Shown one piece after another: positions 25,870 to 38,499 of a stretch of DNA of 64,000 nt (position 1 is the first letter of the stretch; each line of letters opens with the position of its first letter). Source of the DNA: Dicyema japonicum. Taxonomy: Eukaryota; Animalia; Dicyemida. The DNA is taken from the NCBI GenBank assembly GCA_011109175.1, contig RDEW01000012.1, positions 76,525-140,524 of the forward strand, given 5' to 3'. A model generated the notes under the pieces. It was not told the origin of the DNA. It did no database searches and was given only the letters and a program-made list of their open reading frames with translations. The position numbers and the translations under genes are program-made.

Positions 25870-26330
25870 AGTCTGTATAGTGGTGGCCTCCATATTGGAC
25901 ATTATACGGTACGAAGAGATAATGAAAATTCTTAAGACTATTCTAAACTACGATTCTATTGTGACAATAATGTGTTTGTCGACACAGAATTGACTGTAAA
26001 GAACGGATCTACGTAACCCAGGACTTTCAGAACGACTATTGGACGACCTCACGGCGATTCAACATCTCATTGTCAATCTTAATACAGAACTAGGAGATTT
26101 AAAGAAACTAGTCAAAACAGATTTGATAATCTATGTTGATGACATAAATGTCATTTTTGGTTATTAATAGATTCTCAAAGAACTGCTTAGAATGACACCT
26201 TCTGTCCTTCAAAAATAATTTCTAAATTTTATCCAGGTAAAAACTGATTATGTAACAATTGGTCAAGTAGTGGAGAACAGATAAGAAATCATTTGTGAGA
26301 AGATGGTGCAATCAATAAACTGTTTACGAC
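25870..26330 (+). mobile_element. Highly degenerate RTE-like RT fragment
   Basis: Remnant YVDDI and KTDYV-like motifs. Confidence 0.4.
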
Positions 26331-26450
26331 CTAGTTACATGACCAAAAAATCGAACGAATTTATATGCCAACTATACCTATAATTTAATTTTTAAACAAA
26401 AGATTAGTTAAAGGAGTGTTGAAAATTAAATAGTTGATGTTAACTAAAAG

Positions 26451-29028
26451 GGTTCTAGGTAAATTCATCGCCGGTAATTCATCGCTGGTAATTTCATCGC
26501 GACCACGTGGGTTCTTGAAAGAAGAGGTCGAAATTTTGATTTTTTATATTATCATTAAAATGTAATTTTGGAGATTAATTTGACGATATGAGTCACGTGC
26601 CCAGATCCCCAAGATAGAAGAAATTTGAAAACCTCAATTCTCCAAATAGTGTTAAACTTACTCAACGATGTGCACCACACGTGTGTGTATTGGTTAAAGT
26701 GATATAAAAATTATTGATTATCTTACTGATTATTGATTAATAACAAAGGTCAAACTTTAAGTTAATATTTATGATAATATAATTTTTAGAAAACAAGTTT
26801 ATGACAATTATTAACAAAAACATTGTGTTAATTTCTAAAATGCTAAATTATAGGCAATGCCTTTTAAATAGTCAAGAATTTCGCGATTATCGAAGTCATT
26901 TACAATGCGTTGAATTCTTAAAGCATTATCTCTGTATTTTTTCTTTTGTGTAGGACCTTCCCCACCAGCAATATACTGTTCAATTTTAATTTCATTTTTT
27001 GCTTGTTCTTTCTTCAAAACATCAATAAACTTCCAAATCGTAGGATGACACGCTCCAATTAAAGAATTAAAAGAATGATGCCATCCTTCGCAAGAGTTAT
27101 TCGTTTTAGGCCCAGCAACTCTCGCTGNCATTTTTTGCTTGTTCTTTCTTCAAAACATCAATAAACTTCCAAATCGTAGGATGACACGCTCCAATTAAAG
27201 AATTAAAAGAATGATGCCATCCTTCGCAAGAGTTATTTGTTATAGACCCAGCAACTCTCGCTGCTTCAAAACAATTCCACAATTCATGGGAAAAACGTGG
27301 ACAACGACGTACTTGACGGCGGTCGGGACGTCCTATCCAAATATCTTCTACATAATCCAGTACAGGTTGAGCTTCTTCTGGGAAACTGTTGTAATCGCAC
27401 AAATGTTCAAAATAATGAACAACGTGTAATGTTGGGACAAATGCCAGCGCCGCAATCATGTGCATTTTCAGAGCGAATTCTGAATCTCTTTGATATAATA
27501 ATTGTAGTCCCTATGATTGGATGCATCTAAATATGGATTGGGACAAATGAAAGAAACAGCCCTTCGTAGTAGCATCAGGAAATATAATATTAAATCCATT
27601 TATAGCTGCTTTTTCGAAATCAGTGATAATTGTCCTCGGTGATAACGATGGCTCCAATGATTTTAATTCCGAAAAAACTTTTTTATAGCTTTCTTCCGTT
27701 CTTTTACACATTAAAATGTATATAAGTGGTAATACATCATTATTCTCTAGTCCATGAATCGTATATAATTGATTAAACAAATATGGGACAGTCTTAAAAG
27801 TACCATCCGCATACCAAAAGTTTGTAGTGGAAAGCAAATTTAGATTTTTTCTCGTTGTAAAAATTATTGTTCTGTTAACACTGTCTTCACTATCAAACAA
27901 TAGAAAAGGTTCATTGGCATAAGAGTATCTGTATTCTGGAGGTATTCTTAACTGGTCTATGTTAAGTGGATTAGGAGGAGCTTGATCTTTTGTATTTCTT
28001 GAATTTCTAATGTTTCTTTTAATTAAAGAAGCTATGGGTAGTCGGGCAGACACCTCCAATGGCAAACCCACACACACTTCAGTCGTAATAATATGTAGAT
28101 TATCTTGTGATGCAAGAGCTCTTCTTTTTATTTTTTGAGTAATTCTCTTTGATTCGACATATGCAGCATCACCAGCATGATTGTGTTCGTTGACTCTTTT
28201 AATAATGATGTCTCCCTTGGTGTGTACTCTCGCTTTACATTTAATTTTGTAGTAGGATTCACATTTCCATAACGTGACTTCGCAATTAAATTTTTCAAAA
28301 CAGTAAATGTATTTATCTTCAAAAAGTTTTCTCTTATTTCTATCACTCATTACAAATTGCAAAGCCATGCTGTCAAGATATAAGAAATTAGCGAAAAAAT
28401 ATCACTTTATAGTAATCAATTATGATAATGACGATTAAGTACAAAAGAATTCAAGGGCATTATCACCACATTACAAAAGAATTCAAGGACATTATCACCA
28501 GATTATAAGCTACTTTATCAGTTAAAAGAAACACAATTACATGCAACCATTACTCGTGTGTTAAAGATAGAGATGAATACTGTCCTCAGCACTAAAGAAA
28601 AAAGGCCAATTTTATAGTTCAATTGTCGTATATAGATGAATACTGACAGAGTTATTTATTTTATTATTTGTTCGCCACAGGCGTACAATCTTTGGTAAGC
28701 CTAGCAAAAACAGTCATTGGTAATTAATCCAAGGAGGGAACGCAAAAGAGAACGTCTGCTTGTGACAACTAAATTGATCCCGCCAATAATACATGGCAGG
28801 CATACGTCAACTTCTGAAGAGAGGTGAAAAAATAGGTCCTCTCTCTTCAGTTTTCATAGTTCCTACCGTCACGGATACGTGATTCCTATCGCCGAATAAT
28901 CTCCAAAATCGCAATTTAACTATAATATATAAAATCAAAATTTCGACCTCTTCTATCTAGAAACCAGCCCACGTGGTTCTTTGATTTAACTGGAATGAAT
29001 TTACCTCGCGATGAATTTACCGGTTACC
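26451..29028 (-). mobile_element. Mutator-like (MULE) DNA transposon with about 100 bp imperfect TIRs and 9-bp TSD
   Basis: Left GGTTCTAGGTAAATTCATCGC versus right reverse complement GGTAACCGGTAAATTCATCGC; AACTAAAAG at 26442-26450 and 29029-29037. Confidence 0.92.
26835..28368 (-). pseudogene. FLYWCH-MULE transposase with one in-frame TAG (27511-27513) and an N-joined duplication
   Basis: WKCE..CKARVH..HNH; WYADGTFK, IITDFE, GCFFHLSQ, TNNSCEGWH; the frame continues across the TAG as IQS*GLQ..FALKMHMIAALAFVP. Confidence 0.88.
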
Positions 29029-29169
29029 AACTAAAAGAATTATCATGTATTGATTTTGTGAAGGAAAGTGTCATTGACAAGAACCCAGAAAGTTTATGGT
29101 TGTAATTTAATTACCTATAAACATATTGAAAAATATAAAAATTACATGAGAATATAGAAATAAAAATAA

Positions 29170-29435
29170 TCAAAAATTAAGAAAATCCAACTCGAAATCA
29201 TCATTACATTCATGGACTAATAAATTTGGGTTACTAGATTGACTTTCGTTATTAGATGATTTGTTATTCATTTGATTTCTTTTCAGTTCCAACGCTTCAG
29301 CCTACAAAAATATAAACAAAACCTTATTACCTGTAGTTTATTTAGAGATTCCTTTAAAATGTTTTTCATTTTAATTAGACATTCTTTCTGTTGTTGTACT
29401 TCATCACTTATTATAGATGACAATCTCGGGTCCAT
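29170..29435 (-). CDS. Small coiled-coil protein, 78 aa, SNAPC5 (SNAP19)-like; one 29-nt intron
   Basis: Spliced MDPRLSSIISDEVQQQKECLIKMKNILKESLNKLQ/AEALELKRN..DFLNF*; intron 29302-29330 GT-AG gives 237 nt; pattern E.L..MK..L...LN.L..E.L.L recalls SNAPC5. Not in the ORF track. Confidence 0.55.
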
Positions 29436-29474
29436 CACAAACACAATTTAAAATTTTATTAAATAATTTTATTT

Positions 29475-29760
29475 TTTAGAACGCCACTTTATTTAACCAA
29501 CAATAAAAAATTAATATTTAATAATCAACAACCATCCTCTCCTGCCTGTTCGCCAGCCTCCTCAGGCAGGTTCGATTCTGGTTGCTGAAACAACTCCGAG
29601 AGCGCCTTGTCCAATTGAACCCTCTGCCCATATGGCATCTCCGAGCTCTGCCTCTTATACTTCAGTTTCATGCTCTCTAGAGTCCGCTTTAATACAGTTG
29701 ACTGTAGATAGGCCTAGAGCTTCCTATCTACCCCTAACTGCTTCAGTTTCCGGGTTATTG
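29475..29760 (-). mobile_element. 5'-truncated 3' end of the R4-like element
   Basis: Aligns with 458-730 and ends at the same point. Confidence 0.8.
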
Positions 29761-29843
29761 ATGCTTTTCTGTAATAAACGAAACATAGACTCGTGCAATG
29801 AAGTGCATCTTTGATAAAGAAATTATAAACTACATCGACCCCG

Positions 29844-30169
29844 AGTGGCGTAGTGGTTAGGTGTCGGGCTTAAGTGGCTTAGGCTACGGGTTCGAATCTC
29901 GCTGCTGTTCACCTGGTGGAAGGTTCCACGCATCTACGATGCAGAAATGGTTTGACGAGTGACGCCGTCATCAGTGAATACTCACTGCGGAACTGGATTT
30001 GTCTAGAAAGGACACTAACACAAGAAAAATAAAAAAAAGAAGTGAAGATCATTCCTTGGTTCTACGATTAGTTAAAATTAACTGTTCTTTACTTAAATAA
30101 AGTGTGTGTCCTGCCTATGCGGAGCTATAAAATACTATGGCTCTCGTGAAAAGGCTTTATTATTATTAT
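29844..30169 (+). mobile_element. tRNA-derived SINE, near full length, (TTA)n tail
   Basis: A box TGGCGTAGTGG, B box GGTTCGAATC, ATCGACCCCG direct repeats at 29834-29843 and 30170-30179; three more copies in the window. Confidence 0.85.
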
Positions 30170-30419
30170 ATCGACCCCGGTCGTTTTCTAATCAGGGAGA
30201 TGTCTCACTACCGCCTCAAATTTCTTGATGAAATCGAAAATTTCGCAAGGTTCCGCCAAGAAAGGAGCGACGCTGTACGGGACATTCCACGCATTTCCTC
30301 TTCGTGGTTTAGTCTCCCACATACTACCCCATGTAGAAAGTATTTCTGCATCCTGTTGGAAACATGCACTATGGCCATTTTATTGTAGGTGACGGTAAAA
30401 CAATCTGCGATTAAACTCA

Positions 30420-31104
30420 AATAGATTATTTTCTCTCCTTCTCTTACACAGACTTTCATGTGGATAGAGTTCCCTCTTATACATTATTATTCCCCCCTCT
30501 AACTCCATTCCCCCCCCCCTCAACTCTTTGAGGTCCCATTTGGGAACATGAAGTTAACTAATTATCCCCTTTACTATAGGCTGTGCTTTTCCTTTAACCC
30601 CTCTCGCCACACTACTTATGTGCCCTTCCAGTGCTTCCAGCTCTGTCTGTCTCAAGCAATCTTAGCACAGATCTGCTCCCTCCATTTACTGGGTGGTCTA
30701 GGCTTGTCCGTCAATTCCTCATAGGTGATCTGTGCTGCATACAGCACTAGGGAGATGTCACTCAGTGATTCTACTGGTTTAGCCTCCACCGCATAAGCCA
30801 CAATCTTATTGATACAGGTTAACACTACTCCGTTAACCTTACTATGAGGACGGTCCTCAAGTGGGACATCTGCCGCTGCAGCAAGATTCCGCGCGAAGAC
30901 CTCATAAACATGCTTGAGCTGCAACGTATCATAACTCTGGTGTTCGTGTTCTCCTGGACAGTTGTGGTCATCTGGTCCCCGCCCCTTTATTAGTAAAACT
31001 TTCACTATCCGGATGGTCTGGTCTTCGTCGACGTGCATTCCTAATTCAGAGTCCTCATTGGTTTTAAATTCAGCTTTTTCCTTAAATACATTTGTTAATA
31101 TCAT
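30420..31104 (-). mobile_element. Probable N-terminal fragment of an R4-like retrotransposon ORF
   Basis: LYAAQITYEE....KWREQICAKI resembles the pre-RT region of this group; stops follow. Confidence 0.45.
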
Positions 31105-32999
31105 TCGTTTGTTTATTATAAAGTAATTCTATTATTTTTTGTTATTTTTTAATTTGAAAGCTTTATTAGATAATAAAAACAAATCGGACTCTATCTGCCA
31201 TGAAATAGTAAACATTTCCCAGTACGATGGTGATTCCAAGGTGCTGAGAAAATCATCACTGTTTACGTGAGTCTTTTGAATCACGTCCCAATTGCATTCT
31301 CAAATTTATTGATGAGTACTTTACCAATTTTTTCCAACATCTCTAAAGGTTTCGAAAGCGATTGGGATGATAAGGAGGCTATTTCCGAGGCCTGAGTACT
31401 TCAATTTCATCAGTTATCAAAATCTGTATTTGAGCTTTCAGAATAAACAGAAAATGGAAAACGTAAAGTGGTGAATGAGTTGACGCACATTTTGTGAAAT
31501 GGGGAAATAGTCACACGCGAGATCTTCCGCGTGAAACTAAAAAACTTTGTATCACTTTTGATGATTTTGTTGTGAGAACCTCCAAGTGCATCCTCTTTTA
31601 TATTCATGATGAATCCCCTTCATGGAATCATAGTCCTACTGATCTGAGGCTCTTATTGTCAAAAAACTTTACGACGCCCCCAAGTTAGTAAAGGTTTAGC
31701 AAAAATGACTGTTCTAAATGCACACTGCCCTCGAATAAGATAATTTGTGTATACAATCTGGCCACAATAACCAATCTAAAAAACCGTAATCTTATTGAAG
31801 TACATTTAACAATTTGCAAGACTACTACAACGACTATATTTCGATAACGCTCCACACCAACAATATAACAATTTAATCATTTTTAAATATCATCAAATCA
31901 CTCTTTAGTCTTTGTTTTGTCCTGAGGGAAGCAAGATTAGTTTACTCTATTTTTTGAAACATGACAGTCGCTGTGTCAACTTAGCCTTCAATTCTGGAGT
32001 CTTGTTAATTTCCTCGTATTTATCAAGATCGATGGTTAGTTTATAATGCCTCTTAAGTTGTACTCTTTTTGTGTGGCAATGCCGTTCAAACAAACAATGC
32101 ATCTTTGCATTAACCATTCTACAAAACCTCTTTAGTTCACAATTTTATTGAAATACTCGATTTCTCCTTTAATTTCCTTTTCTTAGCTGAAGATGTCAAT
32201 GGGGTCAGTTTGCCCAATGCTTTATAAATATAACAACCGATCCAAAAGATACAATGTATTGTTGTTTCAAATTTTTCTAAAATTGCAAGTATCAGGAAAC
32301 AATTTTAGTATCATGTTATAAGCCCCCAGTGCTCCGCCAAATACGTAGCTCCGCCACTACTTTGTATACAGTATCGTTGTTCTGGGAACGTTTGTATATA
32401 ATGACGAGCGTATAATTTAAGCGTATGAACATTTTCTGACCATAGCCGCGGCCTGTCAATTGACAGAAATCCACTGTTTTTCTCTCGTGGTCTCATTTTA
32501 ATGATATGGTTCTCCTATTGTCGTTGGACATAGAACCAAGATCCTTTTCCTTTATGTAAATACCATTCCATAGTTTACCATCAGCGAAGAGAACACCAAG
32601 AAAGATCAGATCCGACAAGTAAATCAACTTCATTCACTAATTTATCAAATTTTTAAGCAGAGGCTTTTAACTATCAAAATATTTATTAGTTTAGATTTTG
32701 GTAGATGTAATTCATAATTTTTTATGGAAATGTAATTGGATGCATTCTTAACCTCCGGATAAATTAACCATTAACTCATATTCTTTAAGGTGTTTTATCA
32801 ACAGCGACATATATTATTATTACCCCCAGGATCACTGGGTCAAAGAGAAAGAAATCAAAGTTCTCATCTAACAAAATGATCCCAGACCGACAAAGGAGAG
32901 GACGAGTCCGGCGGGGTCGAGAATCCTAAACAGCTCTTCTCATTGGACATGACATCGGCTCAAAATTTCTGTATGATTTAAGATATTTCGATAGTGTAT

Positions 33000-33760
33000 G
33001 CAATAGAGGGCAACTCGGTAAACTAGCTTCCTTTAAGAGTTTCCGTTGTAGTTCGATTCATAAATTTTCAATGGGCTGGATTTGTGTTCTGGTCCAATTA
33101 TCCTTATTGCAGTCTCCTCGATTGCGGATAGTTTCAATGAAGAGGATCGTGAAATCAGCATTGCCCACGAAGGACTTTTATAAGTCATCGTTGGTCGGAT
33201 AAATTGTTCATAAATCGTGGCATGGCCACCAGTTTGGTCTCTAAATGTTTTTGAGAGCACTTTCAAAATTCTCATTTTATTCAGAGCAGAAGTTACTTTG
33301 TTTTCAACATGTCGGATAAAGGTGAGTTCCTGATCAAAGGTTACTCCCAGAATCTTCGGTGTTTTGTTTTGTAAGTGGTAAACAGTGTGACAGAGACTTT
33401 GTTCCTGATTTGTCGAGTCTCCGGTACGAGTGCAATAGTTCCAACTTGTCAAACATTTGTTGTGCAGACTGAGTCGCTGATTGAATGCTTCTGTCCTTGA
33501 AAGCAAGAATGATGTCGTTGGCTTAGGAGTAGATTAGACAGTTTTTATTAAAGGTTTGTGGCAGGTGGTATATGTAGAGATTGAAGAGTCGGGGTGATAG
33601 TGGGGAGCCTTGAAGGATTCAAGAAATAGCGAGATCTTGATTTGATATTGTCTCTAGAGTACTTGTGCTCGTCTTCCATTTAAGAAGTATCCAAGCAAAA
33701 GTTTCAGGTTCGGATGTTGGTTTCAAATATTATCTTTGTTAGGAGTCTCCTAGGGACTGA
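33000..33760 (-). mobile_element. I/Ingi-like LINE RT C-terminal fragment
   Basis: PKILGVTFDQELTF..H..IYEQFIRPTMTY.SPSW; PQGSPLSP.LFNLY. Confidence 0.75.
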
Positions 33761-33934
33761 GTCGAACGCATTTGTGATGTCCACGGATATAAGTACTGTC
33801 TTCTGATGGAGTTTGGGGGATTAAATAAAGAATTGAAGAGATAAACTTTGATTATATTAAAAATCTATGGGACAATATTTTTTATTTGCGACATATAAAG
33901 AATTGAAGAGATAAACTTTGATTATATTAAAAAT

Positions 33935-34734
33935 CTAAGTGACAATCTTTTTTCTTTGCGGAACAGCTTTAAGTATAGCACTTCTCCAATCTCCTCCATT
34001 ATTAACAAATTCCACCAATATTTGATACACTAAATAAGTAATAACATACTAACCATGATTAACAGCTAATATTCTACACATTCCCTTACTGATAGTATCC
34101 TCACCAATAGGAAGTCGAGCATGTTTTATTTGCTTGTCATGAGCAAGTCTCAATGTAAGTTCCTAATCAAATAAAAAAGAGGAAATCCTTATGAAAGTTG
34201 TGGTCAATGAGGGCCCCGATTACATACACACAGTGTTCATTCACCTCCTCTAACGTGTTTGGAGAATCTCCCGTTAAGTAGACAATGTCATTTTGATCGA
34301 ATATGTCAAAATAGTTTTCTTTGTGGAAGAATACGTCCCATCTAGAGTGGTCAATATTCATGAATGCAATAACGTTTTCGTCAAAACTAGTAAAATGCAG
34401 TTGCAATGGGTTTAACGACTTTCGATTAGAGCTATAGCAGTGAGCCAATTGTGTGCAGAGTTTTGCTCGGTCCAGCTATAAATCAGCAATTTAACTTTTT
34501 CTAGCATATATTCATGGAATGAACAGTCGATAACCACGTGGACTCTACTTTTGGAATCAATCATCAGATTCACTGTTTTCGGATTACGTTTCTGTACTCT
34601 TTTTTCACGTTTGAGTTTTCTAGAGTGACTTCATTGAATTACTTTTTTATTTTATAATTTTCAATTCTCCTACGACGCTTTTCTTCTTTCTTTGATTGCT
34701 TTTTAGATTTTGTCGACATCACGTTGTCTTCCAT
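33935..34734 (-). CDS. TRMT10: tRNA m1G9 methyltransferase Trm10 family
   Basis: VVIDCSFHEYM, IVYLTGDSPNTL..VYVIGALIDHN, HARLPIG, AVNH, WRSAILKAVPQRK*; 23-nt and 20-nt GT-AG introns restore the frame. Confidence 0.88.
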
Positions 34735-34843
34735 TTGGTTAAAATTAAGAATTTTAATTTAAAATAATTATTTATAATTTAATTTTATATATTTATGATT
34801 CCGGAATCATTATTAACCTATTATTAATTCCACCAGGAGACAA

Positions 34844-34915
34844 TTTTCGATGTGGTTCACCTTCACGTGGAGAAAATTGGATACCAGTATCAATCTGGCA
34901 ACTAAAAGAACCACA
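34844..34915 (+). ncRNA. Nested-pseudoknot RNA motif, copy 2 (at LINE 5' end)
   Basis: UUUUCG AU GUGGUUC ACC UUCAC GU GGAGAA..[GAUA/UAUC hairpin]..CUAAAA GAACCAC; 8-bp UGUGGUUC/GAACCACA stem. Confidence 0.6.
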
Positions 34916-37900
34916 ACTATTCCTCTGTCACCTTTTCAACGACCTCTGGGATGTCGGACAGAATGATGGCGGCTATCGAGCGGGCGCGTAGCTTTCGCTC
35001 CCAAAGATCGGATTGGCTACTCCTAATCCTTGCTGGGGACATCAAACAGAACCCCGGGCCCAATAAGAACGGGAAATTCCTCAACATCATGTCAAAATAA
35101 ACGGGCTCACACGCAAATCAAATGAACTTTTTTCATTTCTAACTTCCCACAAAGTTGATATTGCCATGCTACAGGAAACGAAACTATCAAAAAGTCAGCG
35201 CTTCCACACTACAAAGATTACTCAATTATCCGCCGTGGTCGACCGAATTCAAACAGAGGAGGTGGTGTTTTCATACACAAATCTATTCCATTCTTCAATA
35301 CTTCCGCTCAGACACAAGCTCTGTTTGAAGATGAACATCACATCGAACTTACTTCCGTCTTGTTGAAAATAAACCACACAAGGTATACATTTGTAAAAAT
35401 TTACATCCCGCCACCAAGTCCCAGTGTGAAACATTACTCCCCAAAACTAACCGAATTGCAAAAGATTGAAAATATGATAATCTGCGGAGACCTAAATGCA
35501 AAAGATCCTCTCTGGCTAATCGGCCAAAAGAGTAATGAGAGGGGGTTTCAGGTCCTCTCTCAACTAGAACAATTAGTTATCCTCAATGACAGGAAATCAC
35601 ACACTCGAACAGCTTCCAGACCTGGACACTCTAATACATCACCCGACCTCACACTATGTTCTCCATCACTATCTTCGGCGATATCTTGGAGAATTGTATA
35701 TGACCTACACTCGGACCATAATCCAATTCTACTGTCAATCGAACTACTCTCGCCTATTGTTAGGCATCGGAAAACTATAACGAATTACAAACGTGCAAAA
35801 TGGGATTCATTCAGAAAAGAAACAGAAAAATTTCTATCCGACTTTTCCGTTGAGAATTTCATACCGCAATGAAATTTTTTAATGAGGTCATCCTCAGTGC
35901 CGACAAGAAATACATTCAAGAGGACTCATTGCAGACTATAATCCCAATTTCACTAAGGAAATTATTGAAAAGATTCATACAAGACGTCGACTCAAAAAAT
36001 AAAGAATTTATACAACCGAACAACCTTAATAGCGAAATTACAGAATTAATCAACAAGAGGAAAACAATTTCATCACAAAAATTAACCACCAAACAAAACT
36101 AAAGGAATTTTAGGGTATTTTACGTGGAATTCAGTCGAAACAAAATAGAATGAAGATAACCCACGCCACCAGTATTGACAAGAATCAAACACCACGTGAT
36201 TACACTCATCAGGCAGATGTCATAATGGACCACTACGCAAAAGTGAGTCACATAGATATGAACAAATGCTCCCGTTTATGCAAATTGAATAACGTTCAAA
36301 CTCCTCAAGGAAATCCGATTGAGATCAGTACGTCGGATGTCGAAAAACTCATCAAAACGCCAAAAATTCTCCTGCCAAAGGGCTTGATGAAATCTGCATT
36401 TAAAGCACCTGGGAATGCAAAAACTCAAAGCAATAACAGACATAATTTCTGTGTCCATCAACACCTGCAGAATTCCTGCACTATGGAAAAAATCCAAAAT
36501 AATCCCAATCCTGAAGCCCAAGAAAGATCCTTCGGATCCGGGATCTTTCAGACCAATTTCACTACTATCTGTAGTATCGAAAATTGTTGAACGTGTTGTA
36601 CTGAAACTAATATCGAAGTATCTTCCCTGATTTTCAACATGGATTTCGTCCACAATACTCAACATTTGCACATCTCTCTATCCTAACTCAACATATCGCT
36701 GATGGTTTTAACAATTATAATCCTCCCAAACGGAATATCCTCGCATCGATCGACCTAACCAAAGCTTTCAATCGAATATCAGGGCGCGTGCTAAGTAACA
36801 AAATTATTGTATCTGGAATTCCTCCACGTCTTCAGAATGGTTAACAAATTTCCTCTCTGGAAGAATTGGTCGAGCTGAAATTTTGTCATGTCTATCTCAT
36901 TACAGACTCCTTCCAAATGGAGTTCCCCAAGGCTCCGTTTTATCACCTACCTTATTCAACTTACACCTAAACGACATTCCAATCAATTCCACTTCATTGC
37001 ATGCGGATGACATGATTGTTGCCTCTAAAGACATAGACATTAACGAAGCAACAAAAGATGTTCAGATCCACTTGAACACTCTTAAAGAGTGGCTTGGAGC
37101 AAACCACCTATCCCCCCTTACATTGAAATCCACCGTCACTGTATTCACGTCCAACCGCCGCCAACTAAATTTTTAACCAATTTTAACAATTCATGGACAA
37201 CCACTCACCGCTACGAAACATCTCAAAATACTCGGAGTTATTTATGACCAACTACTAACTTTCTCTAAACGTGTGAAGGAACAATGTACAAAGGCCTCTC
37301 ACAAGATCAACATACTTAAAACTGTGTCAGGCCATTCCTTTGACCAAAGCAAAGAAGCCCTAACCATCATAAACAATTCATTCTAACAACTATTAACTAT
37401 GCAAGCCCTTGCTGGTCAACCTCTGCCTCTCTTACTTCTATTGACAAATCACAAAAAGTACAAAACATCACGCTCAGGATAATTACTGGATGTCTCAGAT
37501 CAACCCCTGTCGATCATTTACATTGGGAGTCAAAGATCCTTCCAATTGGAGACCATCTGGAAATGAGAGCCCTGCAGTTCCTCTCCCAAGCCTAAAGTCT
37601 AGAACATCCCTGCCACTCCCTATGCAAGCCGCAGAACAAAATGAAAATTTTAATGACAACCAGTGACCTGTCTCGAATGTTATCATCCATTCCTTCCATC
37701 CCCAATGACAGGAGTAGTCTGAAACAGAAACACGTTTTTGTTTCTACGAGAAGCATCCGAAGACTCAGAGACAATAAAATATAACATCGACCCCCTCTTC
37801 CAATAGACCAATCAGAATCCTCTCTTTCAAAGGACGTGCGAGTAAACCTGGCTCATCTACGATGTGGGCACCACCCATATCTACCAACATATGATATACT

Positions 37901-38075
37901 CTGCCTTTTTTGCAACCTCCACGTGCTGACAACAAATCACCTATTTCAATGTCATGAATTGGCACAACGTTTCTCCACAATGCCGGAACTTACCGATCTA
38001 TGGGAGCGACCAACATGTGCTGCTGACTAATTAATAGCTGCTGTCCTCCTACAAGTTAGTGAGGCTGGGGTTACT
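34844..38075 (+). mobile_element. Near full-length degenerate Ingi/Vingi-like LINE: pseudoknot, 2A-like peptide, APE, RT, C-terminal CCHC, (TAAC)n tail
   Basis: GDIKQNPGP; LQETKL, GDLNAK, SDHNPI; FRPISLLS, PQGSVLSP, HADD; LAHLRCGH..CLFC..TTNHLFQC; TAACTAACTAAC at the end. Confidence 0.8.
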
Positions 38076-38499
38076 TAACTAACTAACATATTAGTATTCT
38101 TATTAGGTCAGATAAGTAATACGGAGAGACCCGTTCAAAAAAGACATTCATTTTGGAGTGGGGAGAGCAAATAATCATTTTTACTGTGTGACTAATTCCA
38201 CAGTTGATGACACCAGGAACGGCTAACCAGGCTAACACTTATTGATAGGGTGATTTTTTTAACCTAAAAAATTAACTTTATTAACCTAAAAAAATTAACC
38301 AAAAAATTTAACTTTATAACTAAACACTAAAACTTTTTGTTACACATACAAATTACATAATTTTCTAAATTTTCTGGTAGAAAATTTCGGTTGGATCTTA
38401 GAAAACTCTTTATCTCAGAGAAACATCGTTCAACCGAGCACGAAGTTGGCTGACAATTCAGGAGTAATGAATACTCGGCAGGAAAAATATGTGAATTAT

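Noticed and set aside
29837-29915. Functional tRNA gene
   Set aside because: A and B boxes and a T-arm are present but no acceptor stem forms, and the sequence continues into a dispersed repeat with a tail and flanking repeats
32300-32640. Secreted-protein gene (signal-peptide-like MKLIYLSDLIFLGVLFA)
   Set aside because: No splice model gave a continuous frame
32900-32930. Hammerhead-like GACGAGTCC motif
   Set aside because: No CUGA and no downstream GGAC-GAAA partner
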